From positions 1 to 64,000 of IMG/VR virus record IMGVR_UViG_3300024308_000022: DNA of 64,000 nucleotides. One strand, written 5' to 3'. Position 1 is the first letter of the stretch; each line of letters opens with the position of its first letter. The position numbers were made by a program, and so were the translations under genes. This document shows positions 19,085-29,900 of this stretch, in pieces. This DNA comes from an uncultured virus (IMG/VR IMGVR_UViG_3300024308_000022). Taxonomy: Duplodnaviria; Heunggongvirae; Uroviricota; Caudoviricetes. The notes beneath the pieces are model-generated. The model worked only from the letters and a program-made list of their open reading frames with translations. It was not told the origin of the DNA and ran no database searches.

Positions 19085-19602
19085 GAGACGATGAAGTCAA
19101 TTTCGATGCCGCCGAACGTCTGCACGCATTAAGTGACGTAGGGATTGACCCACTACGTATTGCAGTTGTAGGCTGTCGTCAGTACGACAACTACGATTTC
19201 TTCAGTGAACGATTCGTCCATTACGTCAACGAACTCAAAGAGCTCTACCCAGGACGTCCTTTTGAGTTCTACTCAGGCGGTGCTCCTGGAATCGATAGCA
19301 TGATCGAAGACTACTGTGCAGATCACGGCTACACCTTTACAGCCATTGACGCCGACTGGGACAAACACGGTAAAGCGGCAGGCTTTATCCGTAACCAACA
19401 ACTCGCAGAACGTGTAGGTGTGGTGTTGGTGTTCTGGGACGGTCAATCCACTGGCACGAAAGACATGCGTGATCGTTGTTTTGAACTGCGTCGTCGTGTA
19501 CGGACGGTACGGATCGAAACGACTCCAAAACGGTACTATTCCAGACGTTTAAAAGCTGGCTTTAAAGAGAGAGGCTCCCATGACAGACTTCGAAGCGCGT
19601 AG
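19081..19602 (+). CDS. SLOG/YspA (DUF2493, DprA-like) nucleotide-binding protein
   Basis: IAVVGCR, SGGAPGID, ADWDKHGKAAGFIRN and FWDGQSTGT motifs. Confidence 0.85.
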   Translation: MRDDEVNFDAAERLHALSDVGIDPLRIAVVGCRQYDNYDFFSERFVHYVNELKELYPGRPFEFYSGGAPGIDSMIEDYCADHGYTFTAIDADWDKHGKAAGFIRNQQLAERVGVVLVFWDGQSTGTKDMRDRCFELRRRVRTVRIETTPKRYYSRRLKAGFKERGSHDRLRSA

Positions 19603-20293
19603 AGAGAAATTCATTGCGGTCCTTGCAGAGTACTTCCCAAAGATCGAACAAGGGGAGCAAAACTTAAACGCGTACCTTCAAGAGCTTCGTAAACTTCCTG
19701 AAGAGAAATTTGAAGCCATGGTAGCGAGTATAGAACGAGGTAGAGACACCCCCACTGCGGTGCTCTCTGAGTTTATCCTTCCATTCTTCGTACCGAACCT
19801 CAAAGACTCGAAGATCCGCATGGACGGTTTACTGAAACTCGCTGATGAGCTTAACGTTCCTATCTACCAACGTGTGTGGACGACTGATGAGTCCACTGGA
19901 CAGCGATACTTAACACCCATCAAGTACCCTGTACTCCCACTAGCGGTACGTCGTCAAGCACAGACGTTAGATGGAAAGCAAAGTATCCCAACGGATACCT
20001 CGGTGATCGATGACTTGACTGGACAGCCTACTGGGGACTCCAAAGGCTCAGCCATGACCTACACAGAGCTCCAGGTGTTCTACGCTCAAGGGTTAGAGAA
20101 CACAATCATCGAAGCGATCAAAGTCCGTGGGGGTGACCAGAAGGCACTCAACGCATTTGAGCGTGAGATCATCGAACGTGGAGGTGCAAGCTTGCAACCT
20201 ATCCTCGATGCAAACACGCACGTGAAATCCACTTTAAGTTTGAATGCGTACTTACGAGGTATGCACTTAAGTTCAAACTTACCTCACTCGTAG
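19580..20293 (+). CDS. virion RNA polymerase beta subunit, C-terminal part (phiKZ gp149-like)
   Basis: LTGQPTGDSKG..TYTELQV...IKVRGGD parallels RpoB C-terminal QQPLGG..GEME..TVKSDD. Confidence 0.85.
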   Translation: MTDFEARREKFIAVLAEYFPKIEQGEQNLNAYLQELRKLPEEKFEAMVASIERGRDTPTAVLSEFILPFFVPNLKDSKIRMDGLLKLADELNVPIYQRVWTTDESTGQRYLTPIKYPVLPLAVRRQAQTLDGKQSIPTDTSVIDDLTGQPTGDSKGSAMTYTELQVFYAQGLENTIIEAIKVRGGDQKALNAFEREIIERGGASLQPILDANTHVKSTLSLNAYLRGMHLSSNLPHS

Positions 20294-20302
20294 GAGTCTC
20301 CA

Positions 20303-20827
20303 GTGTCAGAACGTTTAGCTTCAGAATACTTAAAAGCCGTGGCACGAAACGCCAGTCTCTCTGCGCAGACCTTAGACGTTGTGCCTCCACCAGAAGGGTC
20401 TACTCGCCCAACAGAGATACGTAAGTCTGTTGACTCTGACGTCGTGTTACGTATCGAGTGGATACAAGGCGTGTGGAGTCTTCCTACGGTGTTACACAAA
20501 GACCACTTCCAGTTGGTCGTAAGGAAGATCAACGACCAAGACGCGTGGGACTGGGTGTTTAAACTCCACGCACAATCGCGTATCCAGTTAGAGATCTCTG
20601 ATGTTCAGTGGAATACACTACAAGCCCACTTTGTTGCAGGCTTAGCTCCACATAGCCGCAGTGCAGGTGAACCTACAGGTGGCGTGTTGGATCAAGGGAC
20701 GTTAAGCTCCTTACCGTCACGGGAGTACTTGACTGAGCTCTTTGCACAAAACCCATGGGCGTTGACGTTGTGTGCTTTGTCGTTAGGTCCACGTGTGGTC
20801 TTTACCGATGACTTGATGGAGACGTGA
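20303..20827 (+). CDS. hypothetical core protein
   Basis: GTG after AGGAG. Confidence 0.7.
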   Translation: MSERLASEYLKAVARNASLSAQTLDVVPPPEGSTRPTEIRKSVDSDVVLRIEWIQGVWSLPTVLHKDHFQLVVRKINDQDAWDWVFKLHAQSRIQLEISDVQWNTLQAHFVAGLAPHSRSAGEPTGGVLDQGTLSSLPSREYLTELFAQNPWALTLCALSLGPRVVFTDDLMET

Positions 20828-20828
20828 T

Positions 20829-21572
20829 ATGTTAAACCCTACCTCAGAAAGTCGGTACTTGATTCCGATCGATGCGCTTTTAGACACACGCATCGCTACG
20901 GTGTCTTTACTCTGTCCTGAAACCGCAGGGCGGCTACTGCGTACGACGTATTTCATTCGTGACAATGACGAGTTTCAAAGTCGTACGTTTCGTAAAGAAG
21001 ACTACCGTGCGGCGTACCAAGCACGAAACGTCCAAACTTTACAAGCAAGTGGTCCTACAGCGTTTGCAGATTTCTTGTTTGAGGAGATCTGTTTAGAAAC
21101 GTCTAAACGTGAGCAAACTGCTGGGGAGTATATCTACGACATCGACTTAAACGTCTGGCCTTACCGGCTTCAAGAAGACGAGAAAGACGAGTACGTGAAG
21201 ATCCTTCAGGTGTTGTTTCCAAACGTACGTAAAGTCACTGTGGTGAACTACAGCCCACAGAAACTCGATCCAGTCTGTATTGCTTTACAGCACTACAACG
21301 TGGTGGTGTTGTACGACTACGCAGAGTGGTTGAAACTCCACTACCCCAAAGCGTTGGATGCAACGAAACTACAGCACGTGACGTTTATCGTTCCAAAGAT
21401 ACGTGACAACACCCAAGCGGTGCAGTTAGATCCAAACAACGAAGACGAGCAACTGTACGGAGAGTCAATCAAGATCTGGGGGTGTTTTGAGTTGATGCTC
21501 TGTGAGCACGCAGCATGGCGGTTTGAAGACGTAAAACACTTCTCACTGCTGATGGCTTCTCAGACGGCATAA
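20829..21572 (+). CDS. conserved phiKZ-like hypothetical protein (gp147-like)
   Basis: IDALLDTRIAT motif; synteny. Confidence 0.6.
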   Translation: MLNPTSESRYLIPIDALLDTRIATVSLLCPETAGRLLRTTYFIRDNDEFQSRTFRKEDYRAAYQARNVQTLQASGPTAFADFLFEEICLETSKREQTAGEYIYDIDLNVWPYRLQEDEKDEYVKILQVLFPNVRKVTVVNYSPQKLDPVCIALQHYNVVVLYDYAEWLKLHYPKALDATKLQHVTFIVPKIRDNTQAVQLDPNNEDEQLYGESIKIWGCFELMLCEHAAWRFEDVKHFSLLMASQTA

Positions 21573-21584
21573 AGAGAAGGGGGG

Positions 21585-22037
21585 TCACCCTTCTCTTTGC
21601 GCTTCCATCTGGTCCATAAACTCGTCGTGAGTCATTGCCGCTGGTGTGATGTCCATCTGCCCTGGCACCACCTCGATCTCTGGGAGTTGTGACTCATCGG
21701 CTTCAGCTTTTGAACGCACCCCAGCAGGGACGTAATCGGAGCCAGCAGCAAATGGGTTCCCTTTGGCTTCACGGCGAATCTGATCGACGATCCGTGCGGA
21801 CTGTGCAGCGATCTCACGGTCGGCTTGAGCGTTCTGGTTATCCTGCTCCATCCGTTGTGTGGTTTGGACTTGTTTGTCGATTCCGTCTAAAAAGCCCGCC
21901 ATCACTCGAAGCATTTTCGGGTCGTCAGGGAACTGACCTTCAGGAACGATATTATTGACCGCTTTCACCCGCATCTCACGGGTCCACTTCAGCAGTGCAG
22001 CTGGGTCTTGTGGAATCATCGTGGAACTCATAACCAC
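21585..22037 (-). CDS. hypothetical protein
   Basis: 150 aa; GAGG RBS; converges on the hairpin at about 21570-21600. Confidence 0.7.
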   Translation of the reverse strand: MVMSSTMIPQDPAALLKWTREMRVKAVNNIVPEGQFPDDPKMLRVMAGFLDGIDKQVQTTQRMEQDNQNAQADREIAAQSARIVDQIRREAKGNPFAAGSDYVPAGVRSKAEADESQLPEIEVVPGQMDITPAAMTHDEFMDQMEAQREG

Positions 22038-22050
22038 ACCTCACGAACAG

Positions 22051-22080
22051 AAATAAAAACAGACATATATTATTGTTTTG
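22051..22080 (+). promoter_or_regulatory. putative early phage promoter
   Basis: AAAAACAGACATATATTATT matches the recurrent motif. Confidence 0.6.
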
Positions 22081-22109
22081 ACAATAACAACGACAGTATA
22101 GGAAACTAT

Positions 22110-22583
22110 ATGATTCAGGCCGCTAAACGCTGGTGGTACAAGCGCAAGCTTACCGAGTTTCTCAACGAGCCGTACAAACGCTACTCTCTTCAAGGGATGC
22201 GTCAATGGCTTGCTCTATACAAAGACTTCCCTGTCAATGAGAACCACGACGCGTGTCGTGGTATTATGCTCATTACACGCACGTTAGATATTACACAACT
22301 CTTGGAAGAACTCGATCGATACCGTCTGTGGTTAGAACGTAACCCAGAACGATTCGTTCCAATGCTCACGTTAGACAGCGCTTTAACAGAGAAAAGTATG
22401 TATCAATATTTCTGTGCAGGACGCGTCTTACTGAATCGAACTGACGCACACCGGACACTCTGTGTGTTACTCGAAGAGATCTTCCGTCACTTACCGAACG
22501 AAGACGAGTACACGTTCCGTGCAGGCGCTGTACTCTGGCAAGACTTAAAACAGTACATCGATTGCATCGTGTACCGCACTTAA
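22110..22583 (+). CDS. hypothetical protein
   Basis: ATG after AGGA RBS. Confidence 0.7.
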   Translation: MIQAAKRWWYKRKLTEFLNEPYKRYSLQGMRQWLALYKDFPVNENHDACRGIMLITRTLDITQLLEELDRYRLWLERNPERFVPMLTLDSALTEKSMYQYFCAGRVLLNRTDAHRTLCVLLEEIFRHLPNEDEYTFRAGAVLWQDLKQYIDCIVYRT

Positions 22584-22610
22584 AATAAGAATCTGAAGAA
22601 GGAAGGTACA

Positions 22611-23294
22611 ATGTCAAAAGACTCGAATATCAACCCGCTCTTACAAAGCTCCGATAAAGGCATGCGTGCTGCAAAAGGAGTACTTGCAAAATTAGCTCGT
22701 AAGCTTATGTTAGACTTAGGGACAACTCCCTCCGTGTATTTCAACTACATGAGAGACTACTTAAGCAATCCTGTCGTCGGGATTAACCAAACCACTAAGG
22801 ATCGCTCCAGCGCACAGGGAAACCTCACGAAAGCGATTGCAAGAAACGACATGACGTGGAAGACGTTAGAGAAGATCTTGCTCTTACACAAAGTAGTGGA
22901 TATGCGGATTACGTTAGAGATCCGCAGACACGGGGAGAAAAAGTGGACCAGTCACTCGTTGGAGTTTAAAGACTTCGGCGGAGGGTATGGAACAGAAACT
23001 GTGCGAGAAGAACCTGCGTACGTTCCAAAACACAGAGGGCCTGTGATTGACTACTACGTTACGTCACTGTCTACTAAAGATACGTATATCACCCAAGACT
23101 TGGATGACGTGGTGTCGAGACTTCGGTTAAATGCCACGGAAGTCGATGCGCTCTTAGGAGCAGGACAAGAGAACAAACCCTACACCAAAGGGTTGTACTC
23201 AGTACGGATTGAAGGGTTAGCGTCTTTACAGCAAAGTCAACAATGGCAAGAGCAGCTGGAACAGCTAGGACAAGCCACGGGAGTGATTGTATAG
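22611..23294 (+). CDS. hypothetical protein, possibly DNA-binding
   Basis: Basic helical N-terminal half; AAGG RBS. Confidence 0.65.
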   Translation: MSKDSNINPLLQSSDKGMRAAKGVLAKLARKLMLDLGTTPSVYFNYMRDYLSNPVVGINQTTKDRSSAQGNLTKAIARNDMTWKTLEKILLLHKVVDMRITLEIRRHGEKKWTSHSLEFKDFGGGYGTETVREEPAYVPKHRGPVIDYYVTSLSTKDTYITQDLDDVVSRLRLNATEVDALLGAGQENKPYTKGLYSVRIEGLASLQQSQQWQEQLEQLGQATGVIV

Positions 23295-23322
23295 ACAATT
23301 TAGCCACAAAGGTACGGTACGT

Positions 23323-24399
23323 ATGGCAGATCTAAGTACAGCCATCCAAGGAGTGTTGGGTGGTTTTTTCCAAAGTGGACCAGACGACTCATTACTGACA
23401 GTAGACCCCTCTGGCGTCACCCCACAGGAGACGCTCTCGAAGATCAAAACCACGACGGGGGATGCCAGTAGTAGTTTACTGGATAAAGCCAAAGCGGGAT
23501 TCTCTACGAGTGATCTGAACCTTAAAGACTTAAGTCGGATGGTGAAGATTGGCGAGAACGGTGTGGGGTTAAACACCTCTGAAGCGTTACGCGTCTTTGA
23601 CCGGAGTCTAGGTACGAGTATCGGTGGGATTGAATCGGTCAGTGCAAAAGTCAAGTCAGACGCGATCAGTAGCGCGTTAAAGTTGGCTGGGTTTCCTGGC
23701 GTAGGGGAACTTGTTAACAAAGCAGGGCAGACGTACAGCGTGTGGGATACTGCACGTACCGACAATGCCATGGGGGTGTTTAAAGCCTTAGCGCGATTGA
23801 CTGGGAATGACGCCTTAGGTGGTGTGGTCAGTGACATCGCAAAAGACTCTGCCTTCGGTGCATTACTGACCGAAGCGTTAGAGCTGGGCGTACCAGACGC
23901 CATCGATGAGATCATGAACCAAGTCAAAGACAAAGAGCTCGCAAAGCAACGTTTGATTGCTTCTCTGCAATCGATTGTTCTTCGCTGCGACTTAGCATCT
24001 TTACGAAAAGTAATAGAGTACATTGGCGCAGAAGCAGTCATCGCTAAAATGCCTGACGCGGTGATGTTTCTACTGGCTGGGTATCGGTTTCCTCCTCGTA
24101 CGAAACCTGCCGACTACGCTGCACTCAAAGCGTACTTGGTGGAGACGTTAGGGTTGGTGCAACCCACGTGGACGCTGACTAAACGAAACGGTGTGGACGT
24201 TCCTGCGTTAGCTCCTTTCTCTAGGATCTCTCGTGACGCCAGTATTGTGTTGTTGTCACACACCACACCTGCGCTCAACGGGTTAGACCCTGAGTACTTA
24301 GTCCCAGTCCTTTGTGCAAAGAGCTACACCCTGCAAGACATTCAAATTTTAGGAAAGAAATTCTACCCTCAGTTAGTCCAATGGGGGTTGACACGGTAG
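23323..24399 (+). CDS. putative virion structural protein
   Basis: Gly/Ala-rich N-terminal half; phiKZ-like core context. Confidence 0.55.
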   Translation: MADLSTAIQGVLGGFFQSGPDDSLLTVDPSGVTPQETLSKIKTTTGDASSSLLDKAKAGFSTSDLNLKDLSRMVKIGENGVGLNTSEALRVFDRSLGTSIGGIESVSAKVKSDAISSALKLAGFPGVGELVNKAGQTYSVWDTARTDNAMGVFKALARLTGNDALGGVVSDIAKDSAFGALLTEALELGVPDAIDEIMNQVKDKELAKQRLIASLQSIVLRCDLASLRKVIEYIGAEAVIAKMPDAVMFLLAGYRFPPRTKPADYAALKAYLVETLGLVQPTWTLTKRNGVDVPALAPFSRISRDASIVLLSHTTPALNGLDPEYLVPVLCAKSYTLQDIQILGKKFYPQLVQWGLTR

Positions 24400-24450
24400 C
24401 ACAGGGGGCTTCGGCTCCCTGTATGCCGTTTAAACGCAACAGGAGAGCCT

Positions 24451-24855
24451 ATGAGCGATTTTAGCATAGAAAAGCTATCAACGCCCACACAGAGCCTAAA
24501 GATCTCGTGTGGTGAGCTACACGTAGCGACATTTGAATACATTACCAACGCGGCACTCAAAACCCCCGGTGGTTACTTGGTGATTCTGAGATACCCGTAC
24601 GACTACCAAGAGTACTGGCGTTTACTACCGCACTCCGCAGAGTTCGATCGTAAGAAATTCTTATTGTGGTATAGAGGGTACGTGGAGACACTGACTACCG
24701 CACTGATTGGGCATTTCGACTTCCGTCCTATTACGGTAGACGACTACCCGTGGCAGCCTTTCTCAGAAGGGTACTCTCTTTTGTGTAATCAAAACCCAGT
24801 AGGGTGTTTGCTCGACAACCGTCAGTACATTGCTGTGGTGCGTCAGCGAGCATAG
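24451..24855 (+). CDS. hypothetical protein
   Basis: AGGAG RBS. Confidence 0.7.
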   Translation: MSDFSIEKLSTPTQSLKISCGELHVATFEYITNAALKTPGGYLVILRYPYDYQEYWRLLPHSAEFDRKKFLLWYRGYVETLTTALIGHFDFRPITVDDYPWQPFSEGYSLLCNQNPVGCLLDNRQYIAVVRQRA

Positions 24856-24886
24856 AGAGAGGGGAGTCCCCTCTCTCTCTTTTTTT
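24850..24886. terminator. bidirectional terminator
   Basis: AGAGAGAGGGGA...TCCCCTCTCTCT followed by a T run. Confidence 0.8.
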
Positions 24887-24889
24887 GGT

Positions 24890-26869
24890 TTACGGACGGT
24901 TGGTGTTCTCAGCAAAGAGTGACATCAGTTGTCCTGGGAAGGTTCCAAAGGCCCAGTTCGCAAAGTGCGCTTTGTTGAACCAACTGTTGTAGTTCAGTAC
25001 TTGACGGTAGTAGTTACGTTTTAACCGACCAGACCACGCGTAGATTTGTTCTGATAGGCCCAAGCTACACAGTACAGCCATGTAGTTCGAGAATGCAGAT
25101 TCATCCGCAGTAAACATCCGCTGTATACCACCTGGTGTGAACGGCTCCCATGGTTTAAACATCGTGGTCAGTGGCATGTGGATGATACTTGACATATCCA
25201 CAAAACTTACCGTAATGTCAATCCCTAACGGTTTAGAGTCTTGTGTCCACCCTAAGTTGCCCGTCCCCCGACGGATGTCCAATGAGTCAATCATTCCTAA
25301 TCTGAATTGATGTCTGCCTTTACAGAACAGCTCACACAAGAAAGGAGAAGTGAACGAACTTGGACCTGCGGATAACGGTAGTGCTCCTGCTAGTAAGAAC
25401 GCTAACGGTACTAACAAGTCTTGGTATCGTGAAAGGTCGTTTCCATACGGTGTACGTAGCTCGATGGTGTACGTTGCTTTAGGTAAGTTTGCTGTAGATT
25501 GATCCCAGTGTTTAGGAATGTCTACCATGGCATTACCGGCCAATGACGCTAACCCGGAAATACTTAACGAGTCTGCCAAGCCAGCCACGACGTCAGTAAC
25601 TGCTCCCACAATCCCTTTGACGGTAGTGGCGATAATGCCATCGTCTAAGTTACCGTTCGCAAACGTAAAGCGTGAGTTACGTGCACCTTGAGAAATACTG
25701 TTGATCGTACCGGAGATATCGGAGTCTTTCACCGTACTGGAGAAACTCTCACCGACTTCACCAGGGTCTGCAACCCGGAAGGTGATAAACTGAGCACCAT
25801 CCCGCGCTTCTGCGATCAAGAAGTCTACAAGCCCTGGGTCTTCTTTTCCTTTCTGTCCGGTTGGATCAAAGTCTCCGTAATACGAGCTTACATCTTCGCT
25901 GGGTTCTGTGAAGACTTTGGTGGGAACCCCCTCAGTTGCTTTACCTGCGTCGTTGGGAACCTCAACGACTTTATCCCCCTCGGGTGCGGTACTTGACATT
26001 CCAAGGTATTTATCCAGATAATCCGCCAGACGGTTTCCTTCAGGAACGTCCGTTCGTTCTGTGTTTTGGTATTTCACAAAACGATCACGTAAGTCTTGTA
26101 CGCTCCCCGCTTCTTCGCGCATCTTCGCGAGTGCTTTGTTTTGTTGATCCGCTAAACGTTGTGCTTTAGTCGCAATCCGGTAGATATCGATTCCACCGTC
26201 CGCGCGGAACGTATCCGGTAATAGAAAGTTACGATCAGCGATGTCCTGGGCGGTAAGTCCTATAGAGTCTTTCTGGTAATCCTCAAAGCCTTGGCCTTGG
26301 ATAAACCCCATATTTGCAGCCATGTAGTTCGTGATCATCGTCACTGCGTTCCAGTACAAAGGCATGGTGGGTTTTAAGTAATAAAACTTCGTACTGGGTT
26401 TGTTCACTAAGAACTTAATGACCTGACCAATCAGAATCGGCGCTATAAAAGGTAAGGCTACCACGTAGCCTGCTAGTTTACCTAACGTGTAGAACAACCC
26501 AGTCCCTCGTCCTGTACGCGCCAAGCGTGACAGTTCAGGAGAGTAGAAGTTTCCAAAGAAACTCGTCCAGCTGTTGTACTGGGCTACACCAAACCGTAAA
26601 TGGACGTGAATACTGTTATCGTCAATAACCTCTGAGTACCACCGGCCCATTGGTAAAGAAAGGTTCGTGTGGATTCGTTTCTCTGGAATGTCAGCAAAAG
26701 GTGTAAATTGATACGGGGAGTTAATCGCAAAGTTCCCACCGAGTGTCGTGTCTGTGAACTTCCGATAGCCGTTTGAATACGTACGACGTACTGCGTCTAC
26801 CGCATCTATCCCCCGACGAGGCAAAAGAAAAGATTGACGCACCCAATTCGCGTCGCGTTTGAATTCCAT
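24890..26869 (-). CDS. virion structural baseplate/tail protein (phiKZ gp182-like)
   Basis: 659 aa, directly downstream of the tape measure; KFTDTTLGGN and GMIDSL.IRRG motifs recalled for this family. Confidence 0.7.
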   Translation of the reverse strand: MEFKRDANWVRQSFLLPRRGIDAVDAVRRTYSNGYRKFTDTTLGGNFAINSPYQFTPFADIPEKRIHTNLSLPMGRWYSEVIDDNSIHVHLRFGVAQYNSWTSFFGNFYSPELSRLARTGRGTGLFYTLGKLAGYVVALPFIAPILIGQVIKFLVNKPSTKFYYLKPTMPLYWNAVTMITNYMAANMGFIQGQGFEDYQKDSIGLTAQDIADRNFLLPDTFRADGGIDIYRIATKAQRLADQQNKALAKMREEAGSVQDLRDRFVKYQNTERTDVPEGNRLADYLDKYLGMSSTAPEGDKVVEVPNDAGKATEGVPTKVFTEPSEDVSSYYGDFDPTGQKGKEDPGLVDFLIAEARDGAQFITFRVADPGEVGESFSSTVKDSDISGTINSISQGARNSRFTFANGNLDDGIIATTVKGIVGAVTDVVAGLADSLSISGLASLAGNAMVDIPKHWDQSTANLPKATYTIELRTPYGNDLSRYQDLLVPLAFLLAGALPLSAGPSSFTSPFLCELFCKGRHQFRLGMIDSLDIRRGTGNLGWTQDSKPLGIDITVSFVDMSSIIHMPLTTMFKPWEPFTPGGIQRMFTADESAFSNYMAVLCSLGLSEQIYAWSGRLKRNYYRQVLNYNSWFNKAHFANWAFGTFPGQLMSLFAENTNRP

Positions 26870-26905
26870 GCTGGAAACCCCTGTGGTTTAAATTACACAG
26901 AATAG

Positions 26906-26927
26906 AGGGAGGGCCGAAGCCCTCCCT
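26906..26927 (-). terminator. stem-loop with UUCG loop on the minus strand
   Basis: AGGGAGGGC-CGAA-GCCCTCCCT directly after the tape-measure stop. Confidence 0.65.
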
Positions 26928-26928
26928 G

Positions 26929-29900
26929 CTAAACGTCCCGTGTGGTCTTCACAACCGGTTGTGGTGCTTTACTTGCAAACCGTTGCTGAGCTAAGTTGGT
27001 GTTGCTACTGGGCTCATCTGGTTTGGTTTGTACGGGCTCCTTGGGTTGGAATACCGAGAGTAGTTTTTCTATACGCTGAAGTGTGGACGCTGTAAGCTCG
27101 GTCGCTTCCGTTGTCCGTTTCGCGTAGTCTACCGTTTGTGCCATGGTTGTGTGTTGGAGTTGTTGGACGTGTCTGGCTTGCTGCTGGGTTTGTGCAGCTT
27201 GCGTCCGTTTCTCCTGAGCCATGCGTTGTACTGCGCTCAGTTGCTCTCCTGCGGCTACTGTAGTGGCTGGTGCTGCTGCGATTCCACGAGGGACAGCGTT
27301 AAACCCGCCACTGGCTGCAGAGGGTTGGACTTGCACCAATTCTGCTGTGCGTGGCGTGACGAGTTGTTTCGCAGCTTGATCGTAGATCCCCAAGCTTTGC
27401 AACCGTTTGACTTCTGCAGGAGTCGCTGGTGCATCCGCTGCAAAGCTTTGCTGCGCTGTTGCTATGAGTGTAGGTTGTCCTACCGCAGAGTCGTCAAAGA
27501 ACGCAGGAACGTTTCCTTTGACTTTCTTGTCGATATACGCCAGTACCTCAGCCACACTACGATGACGATTCCCTTCCAAGAACACAGAAGGATTCGCACC
27601 CGCAGCTGCAGGTAGAACTTTTACACCATCTTCCATCGGAGAGCTATTGAGTAACTTACTCGCTCCGCCCACACCAAAGTGATGCGCTAAGTAGATATCG
27701 TTCAAAGATGCTTTACGTCCTATCTTCGACTCTAATTGAGCACGGTTCGCTTTGATGTATTCTGCTGCAAGCAGCGCTGAAGCTTTCGGGTCTGTGGGAC
27801 TTGCGTCTTTTGGAATCCCGTACGTAGCAGCATGCTTCCCCAGCTGTTCCTTCCACGTCTGGTTAGTGAACTGGAATAAACCCGTTGCAGAGCTTTCTGG
27901 ATTTCTCACCTTGGTTCTAAACGACGATTCAATCTTTGCAAACGTCTCTAGGATTCCCGGTTCAATCCCAGCGGCTTCTGCTGCGGCTTTGAGTAAAGCA
28001 GCGTAGGCTTCTGGCGTACCGTCTCCTTTGGGGTTCGGTAACTCCAGATACCCAGCACCACTACCTGCCATAAACGGAGCTATCGGTTGACCTGACTTCC
28101 CACTGCTTGGGAAGATCCCACTTTGTCCTAACCCTGCGGTATTCCCCGGTTTAAAGACATCAGGAACCCCACCGGTCGCTGTGTAGGTTGTCTTGAGTTT
28201 AACCTCACGGTCTCCCTTCAGGTTACTCGCACGTAAGCTTCCTGGTGTTTGATACACGACTTCTTCAGCATCTTTCTTCAGTGCTGCTAAGTGGACATCC
28301 ACTGACGCTGCGTGTTCGTTCATCGCGTAACCTGGGAACGCTACAGCGTACACTGACCACACAGACGTAGGTTTCTTCTCCACCACAGTCGTAGAGGACG
28401 CAATCGCTTTGGCGATCTCGTGTAACCGTCCTTTACTAAACTTCGTAGACGCACTACGTGGTTCTGCGTTTTTGTCAATTCGCTTCACTGCGGCGATAAA
28501 GTTCAGTAACACCGGAGTAAACCGGTACTGGAACCAGTACAACCACTCGGTACGTTGGTCTGGGTTCTCCGTGTTTACCCCAAAGTGAGACGCGTACAGC
28601 ATCAGGTAATGCATGGGGTCTTTGACCAACTCTGCTCTACCTGCTGCGTTGTACACCACTTGCTGTAAGACGTCAGACTCTAGCGCTAACACGCTGTTGA
28701 CTTTCTCTACCTCTAACGTCACCAACCCGTACGTTTTCAGACGCACTGCCGCAAAGTCATCGATGTTGTTGTTGCGCTGTCCGAATTCATTCGTGAGTGT
28801 GTCTGTGAATTTGGTGTTCACAGAGTTCGGTAGGGTAGATGGTGTGACGTACTCCAGAGCTCCCGCTTTGTACGTTTTGAGGTTACTCTGTCTTCCCGGT
28901 TGTGGTGCACTGAACTCAGCCAGTTTCGCACTGCCTGCTGTAGGCATCCCGTCTTTCATTCCAGCGACAAACCCTAAAGACCCAGAGCCAGAGCCTTGAG
29001 CAGCTAAACGCTCTTTGGCTTTCTCACGTAAAGCATCGTCTCCAAAGAGTGCAGTGAGTGCTGTAAGTTCCTCTTTAACGACAGAGTCGCCCATCTCTGA
29101 GTCACTCTCACCATAAGGACCCGCAGCGACCGTGTATGGATACCCTGCTTCGTCTTTACGCCACGTGACTTTCTCCGCGTAAGGAACCTTGAAGGAATCT
29201 TTGAGTTTTCCGTCGAGGTCACTTAACGTCACCCCAGGTTGGAACTGAGGTACTAACGTCACCCACCGTAAGTACACAGGAGCAAAACGGTACTGGAACC
29301 AGTTGGCCCACGTCATCGTTTCTGTCTTGTCTTTCGTGTCGATCCCAAAGATATCCACGAGTTCTTTCCATGGAAGTTCTTTGTCTAACGACGCAGGACC
29401 CTTAGAAGAAAGGATCAAGTGAGGTCTGAGTTTCTCTTCTAACGCACGGATGTCTTCAAAGTCACCAATGGAGTTAGGGTCTCGTCCGTACTCTGCCGCG
29501 CGTAAGCGCTCTAATGGCTTCAGTTCGCCACGTAACGCACGATAGCCTTTATAAGCGCCATACCCTACAGCTCCAACAGCAAGGCTGCCTAGAACCACAG
29601 GAGACGTTAGGATCGATGCTGCTGCGCCTAAACCTAACGCGCCTAAGCCGAGTGCTCCCCGTGCTAGTAGTAATGCAGGCATGCCTACTGTCCACTTCGC
29701 TACACTAAGCGCACCGCGTCCTAAAGCTTTGGTCCCACCCCACGCCGCTTGACCTAAACGACCTAGCTTCGTTTTCGCACGAAGCTTTCCTTTTTTGTCC
29801 GCGCCTTCTGGTAACCCATCAGGAGTCAGTAAGTCTGCTGCTCCAGCTGCAGCTTGTGTGGCGAGTACAGTGTCGCGAATCGCTTTCACTCCTCCCCACA

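Noticed and set aside
23265..24041. 258-aa antisense ORF and similar shadow ORFs (e.g. 36646..37248, 27136..27615)
   Set aside because: They lie fully opposite well-supported genes and have no recognisable motifs.
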